A stretch of DNA of 60,298 bases. Origin: Candidatus Caccenecus avistercoris. Its GTDB lineage: Bacteria > Bacillota_I > Bacilli_A > RF39 > UBA660. A program made the position numbers and the translations under genes. Below the pieces are notes generated by a model that saw only the letters and a list, made by a program, of their open reading frames with translations, did no database searches and was not told the DNA's origin. The stretch is from the NCBI GenBank assembly GCA_018716965.1, contig DVJF01000002.1, forward strand, positions 1 to 60,298, in the 5' to 3' direction. Below are positions 10,533 to 20,780 of this stretch, one piece after another (position 1 is the stretch's first letter; the number at the start of each line of letters is the position of its first letter).

Positions 10533-13500
10533 GATCTTCCCCTTCCTTGCTCAACATTCTCTAGTAAATACATATCCCAATCATCAGGAATTTCGGCTGG
10601 AAGCTTAATAACATTCGATGGAAGATTTTCGATATCAAGTTCTTCAGGTCTAGGCTGTGATTCTACAACAGGTTCTTCCCTCATATGTCTAGCTTCTGTA
10701 TCAATTTGTTCCGTAGCTTTTTGTAAATCATTATTTACGCGATTAACAAACTCTTCAGCTGTTTCTTCTTTCATATGTTTAGGACTGCTTGATAAAGCTT
10801 TGTCTAAATTATTGTTAATGGTAGAAGCAATATCTGGAGTTTCTTCCATGTGTCTTGGTGTAGGTTCTTCTAGCGAATTGCTACTTAATTCTGAAGCCAT
10901 ATGACGAGCTCTTTTATCAATTCGTTCTTGAGCTTCTGCTAAATCGTTATCGCTTAGGGATGCTGGAAGTTCAGGATAGCTTTCTGTGTAATTGGCATCA
11001 TAGGCTATTTTTTCATTCATTAGTTCTTTATTTAAATTAATATTGTTACTATCAACATTATAAACAGCGTTCATTCCTACTTCTTTTAAAGTATCACCAG
11101 CTGTATTTACTTGTTCTTTAGCCCTTGTGCGATCATGAACTAAATTATGTCCAAATTCTTTTATTTTATCAATTAAATCTTTTTTAAATGGATCTGGCAA
11201 TCTATCAGGAACACCTTCTAATTTTTTAGATAGAAGAGTTTTCATTACAGCAAAACTACTTAAGCCAATAACTCCTATTTTACCTAAAGCTACAAGCATA
11301 GCTTCTAGAGTATAACCAGCCGCAATATTATAATTAATAGCTCCCACACCACCTACGAAACTAGCTAGGCTATGATTTATAGCACCGGTAATACCAGATA
11401 ATAATGGTGCTGCTTGAGCAAGACAACTATTTGCATAAATCATCGCTGGTACTAAAGATGGTAAAGTAAGAGATACAACTGCTAGCAATGAACCAATTAA
11501 TATTACTTGTTTCTTATGCTTTTGCCACCATTCTTTTTTCTTAGATTTTCGAATAGATTTAACTGCTTTTCTTTTACCTAATTTTTCACCAATTTTTTTG
11601 CCAACTTCTTCTACTTTATCTAAAGCTTTATTCATTAAGCCAAAATCATATTCTTCTTCCTCATCTGGTAATGCTTTTTCTTTGCTTTTTTTCTCTAATT
11701 CTTGCATTTCTTCTTCACTCAATGTTTGTAATTCAACATTTCTAGTTGGGTTAGAAACTGGTGGAATAATAACAGTAGGCGTTTCTTCCACTTTATTTTC
11801 ATCAGGAAGTGGTATTACTGTGTTGTCTTTATTATTTTCCTCAGTTTTAGTTGGAGCTTTATTTAATAATCTTTTTATTTGAATTTCATTTAAATTTTCT
11901 AATAATTTACGATATTCTGATTCTTTACCTGCATTTATTAAAGCTCCATTTACTTCTACAAGTGGTTCATTAGGATTTACACTTTTAAGCATTTTATATT
12001 GTTCACTTAATAAATTGTATTCTTCTAAGTCGCTAGCAAGTATTTCTTTACCTTCAGCTAAAATGGCATTTGGAGTATTTTTTGCTCTTTTAATCAATTC
12101 CGTTAATTCGGCTTCAATTTTCTTTTCGACTTCCCCATTTTGATTAGCAATTTTTTCTTCCTCTGATACTTTTGGAGCAAAATATTTTGTTTTACTGATT
12201 AATTCTTTATATTTAGCTAAGTCTTGATAAGAAACATTTCCACCTTCACTTATTTTATATAAATTATCTTTAGAAGATTCTAAAATACTTATAATAGCCA
12301 AAATATTTTCATATTCTTCTTTATCTTCTGGTAAAATAATGGCATCATTTACTTTGGTTAGAGGAATATTTGTAGTACCTTGATAATTTCTTACTTTATC
12401 TTCTAAACTAGTTAAGTAATCTTTTAACTCTTTAATTAATTTTTCATTTTCTTCCATTAATTTTACATCTGGATCATAACCATGGAAATAGGAAGTTGTT
12501 TTAATTAAATTAATAAAAGCTTCGCGATCAGGACCATTGACATAAGCGATATCCCAAATTGGAGTTAAAGCAAATTCTTGGTCATTAGCCCTATTTAAAT
12601 AATTTAAGACTTGAATTAATTTATTATATTCTACTTCTAATGTTGGTTTATTTTCTTTGGCCATTAATTCTTTTAGACGATCTAATTCTTTAGAAATGTC
12701 TTTAATTAGTTTATCATTTGGCTTTTCATTATTTACTTCTACTTTGTTTTTACTTGCCATATGTAATAAATCAATTTTTGGTAATAATTCTTTTACCGCA
12801 TCTTCTTGATGAGGATTTACACATAAAGTGTTATTAATGCATATAATAGGATCTTTTTCATTAACATTTTCAATAATTTTTAATAATATGTACAAATTAT
12901 CATAAGCTTCTTTATCTTTGGCTAAAATAGATGCACCATCTAGGCCAAAACCAGTTGCAGTTCCTCTTTTGGCATTTAGATAAGCATTTCTAAGAGTAGC
13001 CATTTCTTCTTCTACTACTTTTTTAACTTCACTATTTACATTATTCTTAATTTCGATCATCGCATTTTTAAGAATATTTTCGTTTTCTCTTAAGGTAGAT
13101 AAGGTATTTTGCAAATTTGTTATTTCTTGCCAAATTCTTGTATCCGTAATATCTTTTTTGCTTAATTCTTCTAATAACTTGCGATAACGGTCTTGATCTT
13201 GTCTATTAGTATTTAGACTATTTTGTAAAGCATTAAAGCGATCAATTTCATCTTTATTGGCTGTATATAAGGCTTCTTTCTTTTCTTCTTGAGCCATTTT
13301 TCGATCTTGGGTAATCTCTTCTTCTAAACTATCAAAGACAATATTTAAATAATCTTCATTACCAACGGTAGGTATATGATTAACAATTTGATAATAAAAT
13401 CTGGCGTAGGCTTTAAATTCGTCTACTCTTCCAATTTTTACTTTAATATCCGTTCCAGGAATAATTTCTAATTCGTTTTCATCTAAATTTCTTGCTTCTT

Positions 13501-13543
13501 CAATTATATCTAATAACGTCTCTTTTAAAGCTTCTTCGTTCAT
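10529..13543 (-). CDS. large coiled-coil membrane protein, unknown function
   Basis: About 1000 aa. The N-terminal ~690 aa are E/K-rich with recurring modules, followed by about 4 predicted TM helices (VILIGSLLAVVSL..., AAPLLSGITGAI..., LEAMLVALGKIGVIGL...). The acidic tail carries four [KR]HM-x-E motifs. The probable start is MNEEALKE at 13543. Confidence 0.8.
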   Translation of the reverse strand: MNEEALKETLLDIIEEARNLDENELEIIPGTDIKVKIGRVDEFKAYARFYYQIVNHIPTVGNEDYLNIVFDSLEEEITQDRKMAQEEKKEALYTANKDEIDRFNALQNSLNTNRQDQDRYRKLLEELSKKDITDTRIWQEITNLQNTLSTLRENENILKNAMIEIKNNVNSEVKKVVEEEMATLRNAYLNAKRGTATGFGLDGASILAKDKEAYDNLYILLKIIENVNEKDPIICINNTLCVNPHQEDAVKELLPKIDLLHMASKNKVEVNNEKPNDKLIKDISKELDRLKELMAKENKPTLEVEYNKLIQVLNYLNRANDQEFALTPIWDIAYVNGPDREAFINLIKTTSYFHGYDPDVKLMEENEKLIKELKDYLTSLEDKVRNYQGTTNIPLTKVNDAIILPEDKEEYENILAIISILESSKDNLYKISEGGNVSYQDLAKYKELISKTKYFAPKVSEEEKIANQNGEVEKKIEAELTELIKRAKNTPNAILAEGKEILASDLEEYNLLSEQYKMLKSVNPNEPLVEVNGALINAGKESEYRKLLENLNEIQIKRLLNKAPTKTEENNKDNTVIPLPDENKVEETPTVIIPPVSNPTRNVELQTLSEEEMQELEKKSKEKALPDEEEEYDFGLMNKALDKVEEVGKKIGEKLGKRKAVKSIRKSKKKEWWQKHKKQVILIGSLLAVVSLTLPSLVPAMIYANSCLAQAAPLLSGITGAINHSLASFVGGVGAINYNIAAGYTLEAMLVALGKIGVIGLSSFAVMKTLLSKKLEGVPDRLPDPFKKDLIDKIKEFGHNLVHDRTRAKEQVNTAGDTLKEVGMNAVYNVDSNNINLNKELMNEKIAYDANYTESYPELPASLSDNDLAEAQERIDKRARHMASELSSNSLEEPTPRHMEETPDIASTINNNLDKALSSSPKHMKEETAEEFVNRVNNDLQKATEQIDTEARHMREEPVVESQPRPEELDIENLPSNVIKLPAEIPDDWDMYLLENVEQGRGRS

Positions 13544-13678
13544 ACTAGTTTCCCTACTTTCACACCAAAAATATAATTTATAAATCTTTATAATTATATC
13601 ATAGATGATGGGGATAAGCAACTTGAATTTTATTCTTTTTTATGATAGTATTATTAGAGAAATAGAAAGAGGTTAAAT

Positions 13679-15034
13679 ATGAATCCTAATATATTTAGAG
13701 AATATGATATTCGGGGTGTGTATCCTACAGAAATTAATGAAACTGTTGCTTATACGATTGGAAAAAGTTATGGTAGTTATTTACAAGAAAAACTTAATCA
13801 AACAACTTGTATTGTATCTTATGATAACCGTGTAAGTAGCCCTTCACTAGCCGCTTATCTTACTAAAGGTATTACTGATAGTGGGCTTAACGTTTATAAT
13901 TATGGGCTTACGACAACACCAATGCATTATTATGCTAGATTTATTCATAATTTATTTGGTATTATGATTACGGCTAGTCATAATCCGAAAGATGATAATG
14001 GTTTTAAATTTTCTTTTGATACTCTTGCTAATGCTCGTGGAGAAATGATTGAAGACTTTAAAAAATATACACTAGCGGGACAATTTAAGAGTGGTAATGG
14101 TACGGTATCTAGTGGAAATATTACAGAGAAATACGTTGAATTTATTAGATATGGCGTCCAATTTGGACGAAGAAAAAGAAAAGTTATTTTAGATTTAGGA
14201 AATGGCACTACTTCTATTATTGCTAGAAAAATATTTCAAAAAGTAAATGTTGATTTTGAAATCTTGTTTGAAGAAAGTGATGGAAATTTCCCTAATCATC
14301 ATCCAGATCCTAATGTTGAAGCGAATTTGGAGACTTTAAAGAAAACCGTACTGGCTAAAAAAGCGGATGTGGGACTTGCTTTTGATGGAGATGGTGATCG
14401 ACTTGGTATTGTAAATGAAAAAGGAGAAGTTGTACCTAGTGATCACTTTATGATTTTAATTGTTAGAGATATTATTAATAAAGTTAAGAATAAAACTTTC
14501 CTTTATGATGTTAAATGTTCGAAAGCTTTAGAAGACGAAATAAAAAGATTGGGTGGTACACCAGTATGCTATAGAACGGGAGCTAGTTATACACAAGCAA
14601 AAGTAAAAGAAGATAATATGCCTTTTGGTGGAGAATACTCCGGGCACTTTTATTTCAGAGATAAAATATCTGATGTTGGAAGTGGTATTTATGCAGGACT
14701 CCGACTTCTTGAAATACTTAGCAGGACCAATAAAAGCTTAAGTGAGCTACTTTCTGATATTCCTAAGTATTATAGTACTCCAGAAATTAAATTTCCAAGT
14801 CCTGATAATAAAAAGTTTGATGTTATTAAAATGGTTAAAGAGTTTTGTGAAATGCAAAAATGGTCTTTAAATACGATTGATGGTGTTCGAGCTAATTTTA
14901 AAACTGGTTGGGCTTTAGTTCGAGCTAGTAATACTGGTCCTAATATTACCATGCGATGTGAAGCAACAGATGAAGCAGGACTTAAAAATTTAGAGACAAT
15001 ATTTACAAACTTAATAAATACTTATAATAAATAA
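13679..15034 (+). CDS. phosphomannomutase/phosphoglucomutase family enzyme
   Basis: N-terminus FREYDIRG, active-site TASHNPKDDNGFKF, metal loop FDGDGDRLG, and GEYSGH. SD aagagg before the ATG. Confidence 0.9.
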   Translation: MNPNIFREYDIRGVYPTEINETVAYTIGKSYGSYLQEKLNQTTCIVSYDNRVSSPSLAAYLTKGITDSGLNVYNYGLTTTPMHYYARFIHNLFGIMITASHNPKDDNGFKFSFDTLANARGEMIEDFKKYTLAGQFKSGNGTVSSGNITEKYVEFIRYGVQFGRRKRKVILDLGNGTTSIIARKIFQKVNVDFEILFEESDGNFPNHHPDPNVEANLETLKKTVLAKKADVGLAFDGDGDRLGIVNEKGEVVPSDHFMILIVRDIINKVKNKTFLYDVKCSKALEDEIKRLGGTPVCYRTGASYTQAKVKEDNMPFGGEYSGHFYFRDKISDVGSGIYAGLRLLEILSRTNKSLSELLSDIPKYYSTPEIKFPSPDNKKFDVIKMVKEFCEMQKWSLNTIDGVRANFKTGWALVRASNTGPNITMRCEATDEAGLKNLETIFTNLINTYNK

Positions 15035-15056
15035 GAGAGATTCTCTTATTTTTTTG
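15033..15056 (+). terminator. weak rho-independent terminator
   Basis: Short stem aagag/ctctt followed by attttttt, directly after the stop codon. Confidence 0.45.
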
Positions 15057-15103
15057 ATTAAATTAACCCTTTTTCGTTCATACTACTTATAGGAGGTATT
15101 TGT

Positions 15104-15292
15104 ATGACACAAAAAGAATTGTTATATGTGGAAGATGCTATAGGTCATGAACAAAATGTAAGTGCTATTGTAAGTGATGCGATAAGCAAATTAGAGGATA
15201 AAACACTGAAAACATTTTTAAAAAGTGAACTAAAAAAACATCAAGCCATAGAAGCTAAATTAATGAATTTATTGGAGAGTGAAGCAAAATGA
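15104..15292 (+). CDS. small helical protein, partner of the CotF-like ORF
   Basis: 62 aa, SD ggaggt, and a 4-nt overlap with the next ORF. Confidence 0.5.
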   Translation: MTQKELLYVEDAIGHEQNVSAIVSDAISKLEDKTLKTFLKSELKKHQAIEAKLMNLLESEAK

Positions 15293-15540
15293 ACGATCAA
15301 TTAATTATGGAAAATATTCTACTTCTACTTAAAAGTAATATGGAAGTATATGTTCATGGAACCCTTGAAGCATCTAATAAACTTGTTCATGAAGTCTTAC
15401 ATTATGGACTAGAAGAAACACTTAAAATGCAACATAATCTTTATAATAAGATGACCGAATATGGTTGGTATCAAGTGAAAAATGTTGATGCAAAAACGAT
15501 TAAAGATACTTTAAAAAAAATAAAAAAAAGTAATTCATAG
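15289..15540 (+). CDS. spore coat protein F (CotF)-like
   Basis: ILLLLKSNMEVYVHGTLEASNKLVHEVLHYGLEETLKMQHNLYNKMTEYGWY fits the Coat_F pattern as I remember it. Confidence 0.6.
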   Translation: MNDQLIMENILLLLKSNMEVYVHGTLEASNKLVHEVLHYGLEETLKMQHNLYNKMTEYGWYQVKNVDAKTIKDTLKKIKKSNS

Positions 15541-15543
15541 TAA

Positions 15544-15578
15544 AAAGAAGCCTAATAAGTTTAGACTTCTTTTCTTTT
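15544..15578. terminator. bidirectional terminator between convergent genes
   Basis: Stem aagaag(c)ctaa / ttag(a)cttctt with a T-run on the plus strand and an A-run before it. Confidence 0.5.
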
Positions 15579-15584
15579 ACTCTA

Positions 15585-16883
15585 TTATTCTTTATTTCCA
15601 AGTGATTTAAACATTTTGCGCCATAATTTACTGGAAGAATAGTTTAGAATTCCTACTTTGTAAATTCGAAGACCATATTTGTATAAGAAATATGTTACTA
15701 CTACTGTTAACAAGGTTGATAGTGCTAGAGATAACAGACTCATCTCCCCTATTAAATAAAGGGTTGGAGCAATCATTACAGATAATAATGGAATATAAGC
15801 CATAATTTCGATAAATATGGATCCATCAAACATTACAGCCATTAAGGCTACATAATAACCAACTAGCATAATAATCATAAGTGGTGTTTGAAGTTGTTGG
15901 AAATCTTCAATATTGGTAGTCATACTAGCTAGTATAGCCGCCGCAATAGCATAAGCAATAAAGCTGACCACAAAGAGAATGATTAAAACAATACTTCCTT
16001 TAGCTAGCAAGCTAAATATTCCCGCACTCTTTAGCATAGTTATAATTTCACTAAACATACTTACTGTACCAGTTGCCTCGGCACTTGTTGCTAAAACGCT
16101 TCTTAAAAGCATTGCTATACCACAGAAAATTAATAGTAATGCTCCTTGAATTAAGACATAAGATAAGGCCGCAATAACTTTGGATATAAAGTGGGTTTTA
16201 GCAGGTACACTTGAAATAATAATTTCCATTCCACGACTTGTTTTTTCATCATTTATCTCGGCACCTAACATTTGTACCATTGTAATAATTAAAATAAAGA
16301 AAGGAACAATTAAGACCGTTGTTACAATCGCCCCGACATTTTCTTTTGTTTCATTGTTCTGAGCATCGCTATTTAACACTCTTTCCGTAATTTCTACAGG
16401 ATTTGTTAGAGATGCTATTTGTTCTGGTGTTAGACCACTTGTATTTAAAACAAGTTCACTTTTTACCGCATTCATAGTATTTACAATCATTTCATAAGTT
16501 GTTCTAGATACCGTATCAAAAGAAACAATTTCTCCTTCTAAATATTCGGTATTAGATGGATTTAGCACAACTATTACTTCATCATCTATGGCACTTTCAT
16601 CTTGCAAAATATCTTGATCTAATATTATTTCATATTCCCCATTATCTAACTCGCTTGCTAAAGCATTAAAATAACTAGAAAAAGTATCAAAAGATCCTAC
16701 GTTGTCGACAACATAGATTTTCTCTTTATCTTCAAAATCACCGCCAAATAAATTAATTAAATAATCCATATTTACTAAGAAAACAATTAAAATTAATAAT
16801 AAGACATTTACTATTTTAAACCATTTCGTATCAATTTTTTTCTTTAGACTATATTTAATTAAATATTTAAACTTATTTTTCAT
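15585..16883 (-). CDS. ABC-2 type transporter permease (NatB-like)
   Basis: An N-terminal TM helix, a large extracytoplasmic loop, then 5 C-terminal TM helices. Translationally coupled to the upstream ATPase. Confidence 0.8.
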   Translation of the reverse strand: MKNKFKYLIKYSLKKKIDTKWFKIVNVLLLILIVFLVNMDYLINLFGGDFEDKEKIYVVDNVGSFDTFSSYFNALASELDNGEYEIILDQDILQDESAIDDEVIVVLNPSNTEYLEGEIVSFDTVSRTTYEMIVNTMNAVKSELVLNTSGLTPEQIASLTNPVEITERVLNSDAQNNETKENVGAIVTTVLIVPFFILIITMVQMLGAEINDEKTSRGMEIIISSVPAKTHFISKVIAALSYVLIQGALLLIFCGIAMLLRSVLATSAEATGTVSMFSEIITMLKSAGIFSLLAKGSIVLIILFVVSFIAYAIAAAILASMTTNIEDFQQLQTPLMIIMLVGYYVALMAVMFDGSIFIEIMAYIPLLSVMIAPTLYLIGEMSLLSLALSTLLTVVVTYFLYKYGLRIYKVGILNYSSSKLWRKMFKSLGNKE

Positions 16884-17772
16884 ATGCAACACCCACCAAA
16901 CTCACAAATATTTCATTTAGTGATGCATCTTCTACTACAAACTTAGTAATATCACTGCCTTTTTTTACTATTTTAAAGACGTCTTCTACATATTCATCAC
17001 TTTCAATTTTTACAATAATATCAAGGGCTTCCTCATTTACTTCAATAACTCCCTTACAATTTCTTAGAGCATCCATATCGACATTGCCATTAATACGAAT
17101 TACTTTTTTACGGTAATTCTTTTTTATTTCTTTTAAGGAGCCACTTAAAACCGTTTTTCCTTTTAATAAAATGACTAATTTCTCACAGAATAGTTCGACG
17201 TGTTCCATTCGGTGAGATGAGAAGATAATCATTTTGCCTTTTTCTTTGAATTCTCTTATAACACTCATGAATAATTCGACATTTATGGGATCTAGTCCGG
17301 TAAATGGTTCGTCTAACACAAGTAAGTCTGGTTCATGAATAATGGCAGTAATAAATTGAATTTTTTGCTGATTTCCTTTGGATAATTCTTTGATTTTACG
17401 ATTTTTATATTCACTTATTCCAAACCGATCTAACCAGTAATCTAATTTTTTTAGAATATCACTTTCTTTCATTCCTTTAAGGGTTGCATAATATACAACT
17501 TGTTCTTTTACCGTTAATTTGGTAAGTAAACTTCGCTCTTCCGTTAAAAAGCCAATACGTTCACTTACATCATAACCTACAGGCTCACCATTTAAAGTAA
17601 TAGTTCCTTTGGTTGGCTCAAGTAGGCTCATAATCATACGAAATGTTGTTGTTTTACCAGCCCCGTTCACACCTAACAAGCCAAAGATTTCCCCATCATT
17701 TATCGTAAATGATAGATCATCAACTGCTAGGACATCGCCATAATATTTTGTTACATTTTCTACTTTTAACAT
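16873..17772 (-). CDS. ABC transporter ATP-binding protein (NatA-like)
   Basis: Walker A GVNGAGKTT, signature LSKGNQQK, Walker B LLVLDEP. Confidence 0.93.
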   Translation of the reverse strand: MLKVENVTKYYGDVLAVDDLSFTINDGEIFGLLGVNGAGKTTTFRMIMSLLEPTKGTITLNGEPVGYDVSERIGFLTEERSLLTKLTVKEQVVYYATLKGMKESDILKKLDYWLDRFGISEYKNRKIKELSKGNQQKIQFITAIIHEPDLLVLDEPFTGLDPINVELFMSVIREFKEKGKMIIFSSHRMEHVELFCEKLVILLKGKTVLSGSLKEIKKNYRKKVIRINGNVDMDALRNCKGVIEVNEEALDIIVKIESDEYVEDVFKIVKKGSDITKFVVEDASLNEIFVSLVGVAYEK

Positions 17773-18833
17773 AAATCCTCCCTCACTAACATATTTATTT
17801 TATCATGAAATAGATATTTTTGCTCTTTAAATTTCCAAAATTGTTGTAACTTGTCATTACATAAGACATCAAAATCCGTGATACGCATAGTCTTTGGACC
17901 TATTTGTACTAAGGGAATCGCATATCTTTTTTTAGCATCTACTGCAACATAATATCCACTTGGACATATGTTGCTAGATTTTACATAGTCTATTTTTTCA
18001 AAAGTTTGCCATATTTCATAGTTTTCTTTTAATAAAGATACTATCTTCTCCTCTTTTAAAGTGTATAAATCTCTTAAAGTTAATAGGCCATCTTTGATAG
18101 CAATGCTTAATAAATCAGCGATGAATTGCATTGGATATTTGTCTTCTTTACTTTGCATACAATAGGCATAATTAAGCATTAGTTCAAAAAATAATTGACC
18201 AACTGCAGGAGTTTTAAAACCTATTTCTTCTTTCCCTTGTTCATTTGTTAATACTCTCAAATCATTTAAAATAGTTTTAATATCTTCTAAAGCACATGTA
18301 TTTAACCATATATAATTGATATGCATGATTCCTTCTAGTCTATCGACACATAATCCGGGTCTAGGTAGATCAATTAGAGAATCCTGTTCTAAAAAGCAAA
18401 TGTCTTCTAATGTTAGACCATCTTCTTTTAAATAATTTAAAAACTCTTTAGAACTGCTTAACATTCTTTTTCTATCTATTAAGCTTTCTGCGGCATTTTG
18501 ATTTATAGTATCTTTTAATAAAAAGTCGATGGTATGAGCAAAAGATACGGTACTTAAGTCATGGCATAAAGCTTTAATCGTTCTTTTTTTATCTTTAGTT
18601 AAGTGCCAAATAATACCAGCACAATTCATACTATGGTCTAGACGGTTATATTTACTTTTGGGGTGAAAGAGATTAGCATTTTCGACACCACAAAATTGAC
18701 CTTTTCCTTCTAAGGTTTGAAACATCGGTAATGTAAGATACCTTTCTAAAAAATCAGGAATATCTCCATCAAAAAAAGCTTTAGTATATTCATATAATAC
18801 TTGATTATCTGCTAGTTTGTCTAAATACTTCAT
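17766..18833 (-). CDS. HD-domain phosphohydrolase-like protein
   Basis: The residues H...HD (RLDHSMN ... ALCHDLS) have HD-superfamily spacing. The function is otherwise unknown. Confidence 0.55.
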   Translation of the reverse strand: MKYLDKLADNQVLYEYTKAFFDGDIPDFLERYLTLPMFQTLEGKGQFCGVENANLFHPKSKYNRLDHSMNCAGIIWHLTKDKKRTIKALCHDLSTVSFAHTIDFLLKDTINQNAAESLIDRKRMLSSSKEFLNYLKEDGLTLEDICFLEQDSLIDLPRPGLCVDRLEGIMHINYIWLNTCALEDIKTILNDLRVLTNEQGKEEIGFKTPAVGQLFFELMLNYAYCMQSKEDKYPMQFIADLLSIAIKDGLLTLRDLYTLKEEKIVSLLKENYEIWQTFEKIDYVKSSNICPSGYYVAVDAKKRYAIPLVQIGPKTMRITDFDVLCNDKLQQFWKFKEQKYLFHDKINMLVREDLC

Positions 18834-19480
18834 ATTTCTCTCCCCTGAAAACTTGCAAATTCTTTTGGTAATTTAGCTACAAATTCATGAGTTATGTTAT
18901 TTACTTTCACATCTAATTTATAGGCATGTAAACCTAATCTTTTTATCGGGTTTGTTTTACTTCCATATTTTTTATCACCGATTATTGGATGATTAAGAGA
19001 GGCAAAAGCAACTCTGATTTGATTTTTCTTTCCGGTTTTGATAAGGACACGGACTGTAGTAGTATTCTTAGCTCTATTTATTACCTCATAGTGTGTTTCG
19101 GCATAGGCTCCTTTTTTATTTTGGGAAATATATACTTTATGGGTACGATCTTCTAATAAATAATTTTTAATAACACCACTATTTTCTTTTAGATTTCCTT
19201 CTAAAATTGCAATATATTCCCTATTAGCATAATCATTCCAATTATCTTGCAACAATTTTTTTATTTTCTCGTTTTTAGCAAATAACACAACTCCTGAAGT
19301 ATCTTTATCTAGACGATGGACAATAAATATTTTATTGGATTTATGCTTTTTCTTCTCGTAACTTCTTGCCATACTATATAAAGTAGATGCACTCGTTCCA
19401 TCACTAACCGTTAATATTTTAGCAGGTTTATTTACTACTAATATTTCTTTATCCTCATATATTATATCTAGTTTTTTCAT
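18830..19480 (-). CDS. RluA-family pseudouridine synthase
   Basis: Catalytic motif HRLDKDTSGVVLFAK and the C-terminal KNQIRV motif. Confidence 0.9.
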   Translation of the reverse strand: MKKLDIIYEDKEILVVNKPAKILTVSDGTSASTLYSMARSYEKKKHKSNKIFIVHRLDKDTSGVVLFAKNEKIKKLLQDNWNDYANREYIAILEGNLKENSGVIKNYLLEDRTHKVYISQNKKGAYAETHYEVINRAKNTTTVRVLIKTGKKNQIRVAFASLNHPIIGDKKYGSKTNPIKRLGLHAYKLDVKVNNITHEFVAKLPKEFASFQGREI

Positions 19481-20466
19481 TTTCTTCTTCCTCTTTCTTC
19501 ATCTTGAAATATTCTAGGCGTTAGGGCAAGATGGCAGTAGTAATCTATTTCTTGGTCACTTAAAATCTCATAAGAATGATCTTGAGTTAAAAAATCGGTA
19601 ACTAAAAAGGCGGAAAATTGGTCTAATTCTTTTTTTCTGATGGTTTCATCTTGATATAAGTTTTGTAGTTTTTCTCCATAACAAAGTATGAGAAATTTAT
19701 TTATTTCTTGGAATAAATGTTTTATTTTTAGCCATTCGCTTTTGGATATTTTCTCTTCATTTAGGTAAGGCTTTACTGCATCAATACTAGCAATAAATTT
19801 TAGGATTTCTTCTTCGGAAAAATACTTTCGTAAATCACTTATTAGTCCTCCTAAATTACTTGTCATATATAAATAGCGCATTCTTTTTTGACCAATTATT
19901 TGTTCTAAATTGGCAGCGATAACCGTTAAATAAAAGTAAGCATAGTTATCAGGATTAAAATATCTTTGATTTAAAAGTTCGGTATAACCTTCATTGAGGC
20001 CTTTCCCTAAAACACTATCATAAGAAGAATAACTAAAACCAGAATAAATTGTATCTTTTTCCGCTCTTGTGCTAGCCATATGGAATAACTCATGGAATAT
20101 TGCTGATTTAAAAGTATCTTCTGTAATAAAAATTTTGTTTTTTTGGGCTTTGTATACGCCCACTATATGTTCATTAAAAAGAAAGTTAGAAATTCTAAAA
20201 TTTTTAAAATCAACTTCTAAACTAGCAAGATTATGATAAAAGTTTGTTAATTCTTGAAAAGTAAAATAGCTTTGAAGAACTTGTTTGAATCTTGCTATGG
20301 CTTCTTCAAAATTATCTTGAAGGCTTGTATTTGTTTTTAATTTACTAGGATATTTCGTTACTACACTATTTTGAAAATTCTTTCTTTTTAATTTATGAAA
20401 AGCTAATGGATGATTATTACTATATTTTATTAATAATGTTATATTCTCTAAAATATTTTTATTCAT
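19477..20466 (-). CDS. putative zinc metallopeptidase (HExxH), unknown family
   Basis: HELFHM followed by GLNEGYTE, a possible third ligand. The start MNKNILEN at 20466 follows SD ggaggtg. Confidence 0.65.
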   Translation of the reverse strand: MNKNILENITLLIKYSNNHPLAFHKLKRKNFQNSVVTKYPSKLKTNTSLQDNFEEAIARFKQVLQSYFTFQELTNFYHNLASLEVDFKNFRISNFLFNEHIVGVYKAQKNKIFITEDTFKSAIFHELFHMASTRAEKDTIYSGFSYSSYDSVLGKGLNEGYTELLNQRYFNPDNYAYFYLTVIAANLEQIIGQKRMRYLYMTSNLGGLISDLRKYFSEEEILKFIASIDAVKPYLNEEKISKSEWLKIKHLFQEINKFLILCYGEKLQNLYQDETIRKKELDQFSAFLVTDFLTQDHSYEILSDQEIDYYCHLALTPRIFQDEERGRRK

Positions 20467-20615
20467 AGTGGTTTGCACCTCCATATAAGTATACCATATT
20501 TTAGAAAAGTAGAAAACTTTTTCCAGGTGGGCTTTCATTTTTGCAATAACTTGCAATTATCTTTTTGGATTTAAATTGTAATATTCTATATTACGAGTTA
20601 CTTCCCGCTCTTCTT

Positions 20616-20654
20616 CTTTAGCAACTGTCGCAAATTTTGCGACAGTTGCTAAAG
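20616..20654. repeat. 39-nt near-perfect palindrome (19-bp arms)
   Basis: The sequence is ctttagcaactgtcgcaaa t tttgcgacagttgctaaag. There is no adjacent U-tract on either strand. Confidence 0.9.
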
Positions 20655-20770
20655 AAATTATCATTAGTAAACTCTTGCGTATATCTTAAATTACAAGCAG
20701 ATATTCCCTTTAAATTTGGAAACTCTATTTTTAAGTCTTTTGCTATTATATCTATAAAAGATAAACCCAG
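20655..20770 (-). pseudogene. possible remnant of a DUF1016/YhcG-like nuclease gene
   Basis: The minus-strand translation KLGLSFIDIIAKDLKIEFPNLKGISACNLRYTQEF resembles the N-terminal LSKDL..EFP..KGFS..NL..M..F segment of DUF1016 proteins. It has no start codon, and it runs into the palindrome and stops there. Confidence 0.35.
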
Positions 20771-20780
20771 TTTATTATTT

